This document shows, in pieces, positions 12,741 to 21,785 of a DNA stretch of 64,000 nucleotides. Origin of the DNA: Alkalispirochaeta sp. (GTDB taxonomy: Bacteria; Spirochaetota; Spirochaetia; DSM-27196; Alkalispirochaetaceae); assembly GCA_965601925.1 (NCBI GenBank), contig OZ271854.1, positions 2,848,001-2,912,000 on the forward strand. Direction: 5' to 3'. Positions within the stretch are counted from its first letter, which is position 1; each line of letters begins with the position of its first letter. The notes below the pieces were generated by a model. It saw only the letters and a list, made by a program, of their open reading frames with translations, was not told where the DNA came from and did no database searches. Position numbers and translations under genes: made by a program.

Positions 12741-12776
12741 AGATTTTCCACAAACATCGACAGATTTTCGATTTAC
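12741..12776 (+). promoter_or_regulatory. Candidate AraC-type operator: AGATTTTC direct repeat with 21-bp period upstream of the ABC operon
   Basis: agattttc at 12741-12748 and 12762-12769 in an AT-richer intergenic region. Confidence 0.55.
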
Positions 12777-12830
12777 AGACGCGAAAAAGGCGTCGACCAT
12801 ACATCAACGCCATCCGAGGAGTCGTTCGTA

Positions 12831-14342
12831 GTGCCGCTTTTGCGAATGAAATCAGTCGATAAACGCTTTCCGGGAGTGCACGCCCTTAAAGGTGTGGACT
12901 TCGACCTTGAGGCGGGAGAGATTCACGCTCTTGTAGGTGAAAACGGCGCGGGTAAGTCGACCATGATGAAGATCCTCACCGGAATCCATCAAAAGGATTC
13001 GGGTGAGATTCACTATCTCGATACCCTGTTCAACCCGCGCGATCCGAAACACGCCCTGGAGGTGGGGATCGGTATTATCCATCAAGAGCTCAATATGATG
13101 GATCACCTCACGGTGGCGCAAAACATCTTCATCGGCCGCGAGTCGATGCGCCGCGGAGGTCTCTTCCTCGACGAGCGCTCCCAGAATCGTCGTACCGAGG
13201 AGTTGTTCAAAAAACTCAACGTCAATATCGATCCCGCGGAGACGTTGGGGCGCCTCACCGTCGGAAGGCAGCAGATGGTCGAGATCGCCAAGGCGGTATC
13301 GCACAACCTCCGCGTTCTCATCCTCGACGAGCCGACCGCCGCGCTTACGGACGCGGAAATAGAGGATCTGTTTACAATCATGAAGGATCTGCGCGCTCAC
13401 GGCGTCGGCATGGTCCACATTTCTCATCGCCTCGACGAGATCCACCGCATTACCGACCGTGCCAGCGTCATGCGCGACGGCGAGATGGTCGACACGCGCC
13501 GGACATCGGAGGTCACCAAACAGGACATCATTAACTTGATGGTGGGACGCGTCATATACGAGGAGCCGAAGACGGCGAGCCGTATCGCATCCGACGCCGA
13601 CGTCGTTCTCAAAGTGGCCAATCTCAACGCCGGGCGTGCGGTCAAGGACGTCAGTTTTGAGCTCAGGCGGGGCGAGATACTCGGATTTGCCGGCCTCATG
13701 GGCGCCGGACGTACCGAGACGGCGCGCGCTATCTTCGGCGCCGACGAGGTCCAAAGCGGGCGCATCGAGATAAACGGAAAGCCTGCGCGCATCCGCTCGC
13801 CCCAAGACGCCGTCGCTCACGGTATCGGGTATCTGTCGGAGGACCGCAAGCGATTCGGTCTGGCCCTCAACCTCGATATACGGGACAACGTCGCCATGGC
13901 GACCTATGAGGACTTTGAGAGCGGCCCCTTCGTCGTGTCGAAGCGGGTGGAAGATGTCACCGACGAGTATGTGCGCCGCCTCGCCATCAAAACGCCCTCG
14001 ACCTCTCAGTTGGTTCGCAACCTCTCGGGCGGAAACCAACAGAAGGTCGTGCTCGCCAAATGGCTCATTCGCAATAGCGATATTCTGATCTTTGACGAAC
14101 CGACGCGCGGCATCGATGTCGGTGCAAAAAGCGAGATATACGCCCTGATGAACGAACTCGCCGAGGAGGGCAAGTCGATCATCATGATCTCCTCGGAGCT
14201 GCCTGAGGTCCTGCGCATGAGCGATCGCGTGCTGGTCATGTGCGAGGGGCGAATCACCGGCGAGCTCGATATCGCCGAGGCGAGTCAGGAGCGCATCATG
14301 GAGTGCGCAACCATGCGAAACCACACCCTTATACGGAGTTGA
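12831..14342 (+). CDS. Sugar ABC transporter ATP-binding protein (CUT2, two NBDs)
   Basis: GENGAGKST, LILDEPT, LSGGNQQKV, IFDEPTRGIDVGAK. Confidence 0.95.
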   Translation: MPLLRMKSVDKRFPGVHALKGVDFDLEAGEIHALVGENGAGKSTMMKILTGIHQKDSGEIHYLDTLFNPRDPKHALEVGIGIIHQELNMMDHLTVAQNIFIGRESMRRGGLFLDERSQNRRTEELFKKLNVNIDPAETLGRLTVGRQQMVEIAKAVSHNLRVLILDEPTAALTDAEIEDLFTIMKDLRAHGVGMVHISHRLDEIHRITDRASVMRDGEMVDTRRTSEVTKQDIINLMVGRVIYEEPKTASRIASDADVVLKVANLNAGRAVKDVSFELRRGEILGFAGLMGAGRTETARAIFGADEVQSGRIEINGKPARIRSPQDAVAHGIGYLSEDRKRFGLALNLDIRDNVAMATYEDFESGPFVVSKRVEDVTDEYVRRLAIKTPSTSQLVRNLSGGNQQKVVLAKWLIRNSDILIFDEPTRGIDVGAKSEIYALMNELAEEGKSIIMISSELPEVLRMSDRVLVMCEGRITGELDIAEASQERIMECATMRNHTLIRS

Positions 14343-14347
14343 GAATC

Positions 14348-15637
14348 ATGTCGTCACTCTCTGTTGACAAAAATCGGCTGGCGCAGTTCAAAGAGAAGGG
14401 GCTCAAGTACCTCCTCGCACCGGCGGCGCTGGTGATCCTCTACATTTTCTTCGGAATTTTCGGAAGGAACTTCTTCTCTTACCCGATGCTGGTCAACATC
14501 ATCGACGCCGCCTACTACATCGGGTTCATATCGATCGGCGTCACCTTCGTGATCATCACCGGCGGCATCGACCTCTCGGTCGGTACGGTCATGATGGCGG
14601 GGACGATTATCGGCGGTACCGCGTACAGGAGTTGGGGACTGCCCATGGCGCCCAGTTTGCTCCTGATTATCGTGATCTGTATGGCTTTCGGTGTGTTCAA
14701 CGGGCTCATGGTATCGCGTCTCAAGATGCCGCCGTTCATCGTTACTCTCGGCACGATGATGATCTCGATGGGCGTAGGGTCGATCGTCTCCAACGTGCGT
14801 TCGGCGACCTTTCCGACCCGCGCCGGCGAGGACGGGTGGTACAAGGACCTCTTCAAAGTCATAGGCGAGGAGGGCGCAACCATACCGACCGGGGCGATTC
14901 TCCTCTTGGCCGTGGCGCTGCTATCTCACATCATCCTCAACAAGACCAAGATGGGACGTTACATCTACGCCATCGGTAGTAACAAAGAGGCGGCGCGTCT
15001 CTCCGGGGTGAACGTCGCGCGTTGGGAGATGATGGCCTACGTAGTGGCGGGAACCTACGCCGGAATCGGCGGAATCTCCTATGCGGCGATCTACACTACG
15101 GTGCTGCCGGCCGCCGGTCAGGGATTCGAGTTATATGCAATCGCCGGTGCGGTCATCGGAGGAACTTCCTTAGCCGGCGGAGTCGGGAGCGTCTTCGGAA
15201 CGCTCATAGGCGTATTCATCATGTCGGTCTTGAGCGTGGGGCTCCCGGCGATGGACCTCCAGGCGCACTACCAGACCTTTTTTACCGGGATTGTCGTTAT
15301 CGGAGCGGTGCTGCTCGATATGTACCGCAATCGCAAAGCGTCGGAGGTACGGATTCTCACCCCCGCCGATGAGTACCGCGAACGCACCGCCGATGAGATC
15401 GCCGAGCTTCGCCGCACCCTCGTGTCTCACAAGACCTCCGGAGACGCCGCGCAGGTTTCCGAGGTTACGACACGGATCAAAACCTTAACCGCCGAGATGA
15501 AGGCGACCTACAAGCGGATGAAGGCCGAGGAGAAGGCGAAGCAGACGCACATCCGCGCGGAAGAACGCGAGGCCGAACGCGCGTTTCACGAGATGCTCAA
15601 GGAGCATGCGCACCGTGAGGCCGACCGTACGCAGTGA
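14348..15637 (+). CDS. Sugar ABC permease (RbsC family) with long charged C-terminal extension
   Basis: GGIDLSVG, PPFIVTLG, GRYIYAIGSNKEAARLSGV, AGAVIGGTSLAGGVGS. Confidence 0.93.
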   Translation: MSSLSVDKNRLAQFKEKGLKYLLAPAALVILYIFFGIFGRNFFSYPMLVNIIDAAYYIGFISIGVTFVIITGGIDLSVGTVMMAGTIIGGTAYRSWGLPMAPSLLLIIVICMAFGVFNGLMVSRLKMPPFIVTLGTMMISMGVGSIVSNVRSATFPTRAGEDGWYKDLFKVIGEEGATIPTGAILLLAVALLSHIILNKTKMGRYIYAIGSNKEAARLSGVNVARWEMMAYVVAGTYAGIGGISYAAIYTTVLPAAGQGFELYAIAGAVIGGTSLAGGVGSVFGTLIGVFIMSVLSVGLPAMDLQAHYQTFFTGIVVIGAVLLDMYRNRKASEVRILTPADEYRERTADEIAELRRTLVSHKTSGDAAQVSEVTTRIKTLTAEMKATYKRMKAEEKAKQTHIRAEEREAERAFHEMLKEHAHREADRTQ

Positions 15638-15686
15638 ATCATACGCGGAAACGTTGTTTCCCGATTAACACTCTAAGGAGGGTAGT

Positions 15687-16793
15687 ATGAAAGGTTCCAA
15701 GAATCTCTTCGTGGCGATTGTTACGATCGCTCTGGTTGTCGCAGCCGGATTCCCGCTTTTCGCCGGAGGACAGGGCGAAGACGAGGTAATGTTCATTCCC
15801 GTCGTGTCCAAGGGATTACAGCACCAGTTCTGGCAGACCGTACGCGCCGGCGCCGAGGATGCGGCGACCGAGTACGGTGTCGATATCACTTTTGAAGGTC
15901 CCGCCTCGGAAGCGGATATCCAGGATCAGGTGCAGATGTTCCAAAACGCCATGGCACGCGGCCCGTCGGCCGTCGCGCTCGCAGCGCTGGATACCAGCTC
16001 GGTGTTGGATCAGCTCGAAGAGGCGGTTCGTCGCGAGATTCCGATCATCGGATTCGACTCCGGAGTACCCGATGCGCCCGCCGGCGCCATCTACGCCAAT
16101 GCGTCGACCGATAACTATGCCGCCGCCGGTCTCGCCGCCGACGAGATGTTCGCCGTCCTCTCGTCCGAGTTCGCCTCCGCGTCCGCCGCAAGCCCCGTCA
16201 CCGTCGTCGTGCTGAGCCAGGACGCGACCAGCGAATCGGTTACGCGTCGTGGATTCGGATTCCGCGATCGGCTGATCGAGCTTATCGTCTCCGAGACGTC
16301 GTTGTCGGCCGGTGATATCCTGGTGCAGGGGAATCCCGCCTACGTCGCCTCCGATAGCCCGCAGAGCTCCAACCCCGCGGTCGTCATCGATATGGTCGTG
16401 CCCGCCTCGCCGCGCACGCAGGACGTGACCGCTGCGGCCAATGCGGTGCTCAATCGAGTCGAGGACGACAATATCCGCGGTATCTTCAACTCCAACGAGG
16501 GCACCGTTGTGGGCGTGCTCGCGGCGACCAACGACGGCGCGGAGTTGGCGACGACCTATGCGGGTCTCGTCGTGATCGGCTTTGACGCCGGCGAGGCGCA
16601 AAAGAATGCCGTACGCGAACAGTACTTCCTCGGTTCCATCACGCAAGATCCGTATCAAATCGGGTATCAGGCCGTCTCTCTTGCGGTTCGTGCCGCAAAC
16701 GGCGAGTCGGTGGCCGACGTTGATACCGGAGCCAGATTCTACACCTACGCCAACATGGACGAAGCGGAGATCGCTCCGCTGTTGTACGACTGA
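15687..16793 (+). CDS. Sugar ABC substrate-binding protein
   Basis: Strong AAGGAGG RBS; signal ending LFAGGQGE; VSKGLQHQFWQTV, IIGFDSG, IGFDAG, ITQDPYQIGY. Confidence 0.92.
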   Translation: MKGSKNLFVAIVTIALVVAAGFPLFAGGQGEDEVMFIPVVSKGLQHQFWQTVRAGAEDAATEYGVDITFEGPASEADIQDQVQMFQNAMARGPSAVALAALDTSSVLDQLEEAVRREIPIIGFDSGVPDAPAGAIYANASTDNYAAAGLAADEMFAVLSSEFASASAASPVTVVVLSQDATSESVTRRGFGFRDRLIELIVSETSLSAGDILVQGNPAYVASDSPQSSNPAVVIDMVVPASPRTQDVTAAANAVLNRVEDDNIRGIFNSNEGTVVGVLAATNDGAELATTYAGLVVIGFDAGEAQKNAVREQYFLGSITQDPYQIGYQAVSLAVRAANGESVADVDTGARFYTYANMDEAEIAPLLYD

Positions 16794-16821
16794 TCGATCC
16801 ACGACACCGTAGGATGTTCCC

Positions 16822-16851
16822 GACCCGTCGCAAATAGCGGCGGGTCTTTTT
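16822..16851 (+). terminator. Rho-independent terminator after the ABC operon
   Basis: gacccgtcgc-aaata-gcggcgggtc followed by ttttt. Confidence 0.8.
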
Positions 16852-16862
16852 GGTTTGACTGC

Positions 16863-16891
16863 TTGCAAACCTTCGGTATTGCTTTCATAGT
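16863..16891 (+). promoter_or_regulatory. Possible sigma70 promoter for cheY
   Basis: TTGCAA-17 bp-CATAGT just after the terminator. Confidence 0.4.
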
Positions 16892-16912
16892 TAAGGATAC
16901 AGAGGATATTGC

Positions 16913-17278
16913 ATGTCTAAACGAATTCTTGTAGTTGATGATTCGGCTGCGGTACGCCAGAGTGTCTCCTATGTACTGGATCAATCGGGGTATGAGATCG
17001 TACAAGCGGTCGACGGTACCGACGCGCTCAAGAAGCTGGACGGTTCGTCGTTCCACTTGGTCATTACGGACGTCAATATGCCCAACATGGACGGTATCGA
17101 GTTGACGTCACAGATTCGCGATATTGAAGCCTATCGATTCACTCCCGTCGTCGTGCTCACGACCGAGTCTCAGGCTGATAAGATGAACGCCGGTAAAGAG
17201 GCGGGAGCGACCGGTTGGATCGTGAAGCCGTTTACCTCCGACAAGCTGCTTCAGGTGGTGAAACGGCTCGCCGGATGA
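16913..17278 (+). CDS. cheY: Single-domain response regulator, CheY-like
   Basis: ILVVDDS, LVITDVNMPNMDGIEL, VLTTES, GATGWIVKPF; 121 aa. Confidence 0.85.
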   Translation: MSKRILVVDDSAAVRQSVSYVLDQSGYEIVQAVDGTDALKKLDGSSFHLVITDVNMPNMDGIELTSQIRDIEAYRFTPVVVLTTESQADKMNAGKEAGATGWIVKPFTSDKLLQVVKRLAG

Positions 17279-17853
17279 GCGGCGTTTCCGTCCTGATGCT
17301 CGTACTCCTCGTCCACATCGGAGGGGTGGAGCTGGATTCGGCGCACGAAGCCGCAATCGACCGGTTTGCCGCGGGTACTCCGGTCGGCCGGCTGGAACTC
17401 ACCGAGAGCGGGGACGGTCATTATCAGTTCGCGGGTGGCGAGGAAGTGGTGCGCGTCGAACGGCTTGCGCACCCCGACCTCGGCTATGCGATCGTATACG
17501 GCCCCAGCGCGACCGAGGTGCTCGGTGTGGGCGCGGTGTCGCTTCTCGCCCTCGGCGAAGCGTTGCGCGTGCGGGAAATGCGCGACTCCCTCACCCTACC
17601 GGCCGCCGACGCGTTGGTGGCGTGGCGCCTGTCTCCGATCGTGACCGGCGATGAAGCGACAAACGGAACTCGCGAAGGCCGGGACGACACGCAGATGGGC
17701 GCGACGACTGAGGACGCCGCCGAGGATGACGCACAGCCGGACGCCGTCGTGTCGGACGTCGCGGGGTCGCTTATCGTTACGGCGGCGCGGGGTCAGATGA
17801 GTATCAGCCACCCCGAGTCGGGGCAGGTTATGGTGCTACGCTACTCACGGTAG
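17275..17853 (+). CDS. Hypothetical protein, possibly exported
   Basis: ATGA overlap with the cheY stop; hydrophobic N-terminus MSGVSVLMLVLLVHIGG; no family recognised. Confidence 0.6.
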   Translation: MSGVSVLMLVLLVHIGGVELDSAHEAAIDRFAAGTPVGRLELTESGDGHYQFAGGEEVVRVERLAHPDLGYAIVYGPSATEVLGVGAVSLLALGEALRVREMRDSLTLPAADALVAWRLSPIVTGDEATNGTREGRDDTQMGATTEDAAEDDAQPDAVVSDVAGSLIVTAARGQMSISHPESGQVMVLRYSR

Positions 17854-18167
17854 CGGATACTTCTCAAAAAAAGGTCTCTCCGAGGTATCGAACGTGCGGG
17901 GTACGTCCGACGGTTCGAAGTCCCGTCGTCCGGCGCGTCGCCCGTCTTTTCGTAGGTAAAGTCGATTTTTGCTTCGTGTGTCGCCGGCTCGTCTAAAGAT
18001 GACGCTCCAACATCGTCGTGTACGGCCGTGTCGCAATGACATAGGTACCGATCATCGCGAGAACGAGAAGCACGACGATTGCGATTCGTTTAGTGCGTTG
18101 TTTCATTTCGCTTTTATACGGTAATATTTACGAAAGATAATCGCAACCCTTACGAGGAGGATAAGCA

Positions 18168-19430
18168 ATGAAAACAAAAGCAATCCGCATGTACGGCAAA
18201 AAGGATCTGCGACTCGATGAGTTCGAGTTACCGGCGATCGGCCCGGATGAGATCCTCGCACACGTAGTGTCCGACAGCCTGTGCATGTCCTCCTACAAGG
18301 CGTCCGTCCAAGGAAGCGATCACAAACGCGTGCCGGCCGACATCGCCGTGGAGCCGGTCATGATCGGACACGAGTTTTGCGGAGAGATCGTGGAGGTCGG
18401 AGAGAAGTGGGCGGACAGGTTCCGTCCCGGCGACCGCTTCTCCATCCAGCCGGCGCTCAACTACAAGGGAAGCCTCGACGCGCCCGGATATTCGTATCGC
18501 TACATCGGCGGCGACGCGACCTACGTCGTTATACCGTCGGAAGTGATGGAAATGGATTGCCTCCTCCCGTATGACGGCGACGCGTTCTTCCTGGGTTCAT
18601 TGGCCGAGCCCGTGTCGTGCGTCGCAGGGGCGTTTCATGCCAGCTATCACACAACGCAAGGATCCTACGAGCACCGTATGGGCATCGTCGACGGCGGAAA
18701 GGCGGCAATTCTCGCCGGTGTCGGCCCGATGGGCCTCGGCGCCATCGACTACGCTCTCCATAATCCGCGACGCCCGTCGTTGTTGGTCGTTACCGATATA
18801 AACCAGGAGCGTCTGGATCGGGCGGAGTCGATCTATACCACCGAGGAAGCGCGACGGATGGGTATCGAGTTGCACTACGTCAACACCGCAACCGTACCGG
18901 ACGCCGATGCGGTGCTCATGGATCTTACCGGAGGCGCCGGGTACGACGACGTGTTCGTCTTCGCCCCCGTACGGGCGGTCTTGGAACAGGGCGATCGTAT
19001 TCTCGGAAAAGACGGCTGTCTCAACTTCTTTGCCGGTCCCACCGACCCCTCTTTTGCGGCCGAGCTCAACTTCTACGACGTGCACTACGCCGCACATCAC
19101 ATCGTCGGGACGTCCGGGGGCAACACCGACGACATGCGCGAGGCTCTCGACCTCATGGGACGCGGCGTCATCAATCCGGCGGCGATGATCACTCACGTCG
19201 GCGGTCTCAATGCGGTCGTAGAGACGACACTCACCCTGCCGACCATCCCCGGCGGTAAGAAATTGATGTACACGAACAAACATCTGCCTCTCGTCGCCAT
19301 CAGCGACTTTGCCGAGCGCGGCGAAGACGAGCCGTTTTACGCACGCCTCGCCGAGATTTGTTCTCGCCACAACGGTCTCTGGAATCCTGAAGCCGAGCGC
19401 TACCTCCTTGAAAATGCACCGGAGATTTAG
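18168..19430 (+). CDS. Zinc-binding MDR dehydrogenase, L-sorbose-1-phosphate reductase (SorE/YggP)-like
   Basis: GAGGAGG RBS; MKTKAIRMYGKKDLRL, SDSLCMSSYKA, GHEFCG, GVGPMG, GTSGGNTDDM, THVGGLNA. Confidence 0.85.
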   Translation: MKTKAIRMYGKKDLRLDEFELPAIGPDEILAHVVSDSLCMSSYKASVQGSDHKRVPADIAVEPVMIGHEFCGEIVEVGEKWADRFRPGDRFSIQPALNYKGSLDAPGYSYRYIGGDATYVVIPSEVMEMDCLLPYDGDAFFLGSLAEPVSCVAGAFHASYHTTQGSYEHRMGIVDGGKAAILAGVGPMGLGAIDYALHNPRRPSLLVVTDINQERLDRAESIYTTEEARRMGIELHYVNTATVPDADAVLMDLTGGAGYDDVFVFAPVRAVLEQGDRILGKDGCLNFFAGPTDPSFAAELNFYDVHYAAHHIVGTSGGNTDDMREALDLMGRGVINPAAMITHVGGLNAVVETTLTLPTIPGGKKLMYTNKHLPLVAISDFAERGEDEPFYARLAEICSRHNGLWNPEAERYLLENAPEI

Positions 19431-19443
19431 TACTCAGAGCTCC

Positions 19444-19974
19444 GTGAGAAGTAAACCGTTGAAGATCATGTTCGTTTGCTCCGGCAACATCTGCCGGAGC
19501 CCTTTGGCCCATCGCGTGCTGGAGCATCTGGCCGCCGAGCGCGGCATTGCCGTCTCGGTCGAGTCGTCGGGAACCGGTAGCTGGCACGTCGGCGAGGAGG
19601 TCGACTCGCGTATGCGCGCCACCGCCGCGCGCCGCGGACTAACGCTGAGCCACCGGGCTCGCCGGCTGTCCGCGAGCGATCTGGAGCGCTACGATCTCCT
19701 CTTCGCGATGGACGGTAGCCACTATCGCGATATTGTGTCCCTCGGTCGCCGCGGCGCGTCGGACGATATCTCGCGTCGACTGTACCTGTTCCGGCAGTTC
19801 GACCCCGCCTCGGCCGGCGGCGATACGGCCCGACTTCCCATTCCCCGCGAGGCCGCCTTGAACGTGCCCGATCCGTACTACGGCGGCGACGACGGGTTCG
19901 AAGAGGTGTACCGGATCGTCGAGCGGACGTGCGGGGTCATCCTCGATGCCGTCGAAGGCGGATCGCTCCCGTGA
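19444..19974 (+). CDS. Low-molecular-weight protein-tyrosine phosphatase family
   Basis: P-loop FVCSGNICRSP and VPDPYYG. Start uncertain (19414 or 19444). Confidence 0.9.
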   Translation: MRSKPLKIMFVCSGNICRSPLAHRVLEHLAAERGIAVSVESSGTGSWHVGEEVDSRMRATAARRGLTLSHRARRLSASDLERYDLLFAMDGSHYRDIVSLGRRGASDDISRRLYLFRQFDPASAGGDTARLPIPREAALNVPDPYYGGDDGFEEVYRIVERTCGVILDAVEGGSLP

Positions 19975-20885
19975 TCGATCCGGAACGTGCGGAGTCGATC
20001 ACCGCGTCCGAAACGGACCTCGACCGGGTAGTGGCCGATATTACCGGTAACGACGTCACCATTCTCCGCGCACGGCCCGTGGGAGGTGGGGACATCAACG
20101 AGGCGCGACTGTTGGAGCTCTCCGACGGTCGCCGACTCTTCCTTAAGCGCAATGATCGCTCCCCGGCCGCCCTTTTTTTGGAGGAGGCGCGGGGCTTACT
20201 TGCCCTCCGTGCGTGTCGCCGTGTGCGCGTTCCGCAGCCCCTCGCACTCTTCACGAATCGTACGCATCAACACTTAATAATGGAGTACATCGCCCCGGGG
20301 ACGCGAAGCGGTCGTTTTTGGACCGCCTTCGGCCACGCTTTGGCGGACCACCATCGGGCGGCGCGAAGCCGTCGATGCGGCTTTTTTCGCGATAACTTCA
20401 TCGGTTCGACGAGGCAGAAGAACGATTGGTCCGACGACTGGCACCGCTTTTTTGGGGAGTATCGCCTCGTGTTTCAAGTGCGTCTCGCCCGTAGCAGGGG
20501 GCTCGCCGATGAGTGGATGGAGCGCGCAACGCTCCGCCTCGCGGAGCGGCTTCCCGAGTTGCTTCCCCGGCCGGACGAGGGCGAGGCGAGTCTGCTCCAC
20601 GGTGATCTGTGGGGCGGCAACGCGATGGTCGACGAGGAGGGTCGTCCGGTCCTTATCGATCCCGCGGTCTACTACGGTCACCGGGAGGCGGACATTGCGA
20701 TGACGCAGCTTTTCGGTGGATTTCCGGCCGAGTTTCTCGGTGCGTATAAGGAGACGTGGCCGTTGCCTCCCGGCTTTGCCGACAGGCGCGATATCTACAA
20801 TCTCTACCATCTACTCAACCACCTTAATCTCTTCAGCGGCGGCTATGCCGGACGTTGTAGCGCAATACTACGCCGATTTGCGTGA
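19971..20885 (+). CDS. Fructosamine/ketosamine-3-kinase family protein
   Basis: VGGGDIN, DNFIGST, SLLHGDLWGGN, LIDPAVYYGHREADIAMTQLFGGF, YNLYHLLNHLNLF; GTGA overlap with the PTP stop. Confidence 0.92.
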   Translation: MIDPERAESITASETDLDRVVADITGNDVTILRARPVGGGDINEARLLELSDGRRLFLKRNDRSPAALFLEEARGLLALRACRRVRVPQPLALFTNRTHQHLIMEYIAPGTRSGRFWTAFGHALADHHRAARSRRCGFFRDNFIGSTRQKNDWSDDWHRFFGEYRLVFQVRLARSRGLADEWMERATLRLAERLPELLPRPDEGEASLLHGDLWGGNAMVDEEGRPVLIDPAVYYGHREADIAMTQLFGGFPAEFLGAYKETWPLPPGFADRRDIYNLYHLLNHLNLFSGGYAGRCSAILRRFA

Positions 20886-21766
20886 GCGCACGGGCGTTGC
20901 AGCGACAGGCGATACCATACGAGCCCGATTCTCTCGCGGAGCACGGTCGACGAGTCGCCGAGCGCGTTGACACTCGGAAAGAAGTCGATTGGCCCCAACG
21001 GCCGTTCGTCGGACCGGAAGGCCGCCGGGGCGGGGATCGGTGTGAGTCCGGCGCGTTCAAAAGACAGAATCGCACGTGGCATGTGGTACGCGCTCGTAAC
21101 GACTACTACACGATCGAATCCGAAGAGCTCCCGGACAAATCGTGCGTTTTCGGCGGTGGTACGACTCTCTCGTTCGATCAGAATCATCGAGGCGGGAAAT
21201 GCAAGTTCCACCGCCAGCGCCGCGGCGACCTCGCCCTCCGGGGGTACAACGGGCGAGGCGAGGACTCGTCCACCGGTGGTGACGATCGGCACCGCGAGGA
21301 TGCGTGCCAACCGTACGCCGAACAGCAGGCGCGACTCCGACTCGGTAGTGAGGCCTGAGCGCGTCGAGGCGGAGTGAAAGCTCTGAACCAGCTCGTTCGG
21401 CACCTCGAAGCATCCATCACCGGTACCGGCGGCTCTGAGAAATCTCTCACCGGGACTCCGCCATACGACGCCGCCGCCGAGGACGACCACCGCCTCGGCT
21501 CCCTCGAGTGTTCGGTGATCGGCCGCCGGCACCGATCGTTCGAGCCTCCTCATGAGGGGATCGCTCACCGCGGAAATACTCGCCCCGTAGAGAATGAGCG
21601 CCAGACCAAGAAGCCCCCACTTCATGACACGGAGACTCGCCACACCCAACGGAAGCGCTTTGCGAACCCGTCGGTCCACGCCCACGGCGAGGAAGAAGAG
21701 TATCAGCATCGCGGCGATTACATTGCCGGGAAACAGGATCCACGGCTCGATGAACTTCGTTATCAC
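20843..21766 (-). CDS. YdcF/ElyC (DUF218) family membrane protein
   Basis: Two N-terminal TMs, VVVLGGG, ESRTTAENA, VVTSAYHMPRA. Confidence 0.88.
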   Translation of the reverse strand: MITKFIEPWILFPGNVIAAMLILFFLAVGVDRRVRKALPLGVASLRVMKWGLLGLALILYGASISAVSDPLMRRLERSVPAADHRTLEGAEAVVVLGGGVVWRSPGERFLRAAGTGDGCFEVPNELVQSFHSASTRSGLTTESESRLLFGVRLARILAVPIVTTGGRVLASPVVPPEGEVAAALAVELAFPASMILIERESRTTAENARFVRELFGFDRVVVVTSAYHMPRAILSFERAGLTPIPAPAAFRSDERPLGPIDFFPSVNALGDSSTVLRERIGLVWYRLSLQRPCAHANRRSIALQRPA

Positions 21767-21785
21767 GGTACGACTCCGTCGTGTA

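Noticed and set aside
12852..14324. 490-aa minus-strand ORF, and 15816-16868
   Set aside because: Exact antisense shadows of the ABC ATPase and binding-protein genes.
17845..18042. 65-aa minus-strand ORF in the intergenic gap
   Set aside because: No RBS or recognisable motif; composition resembles non-coding translation.
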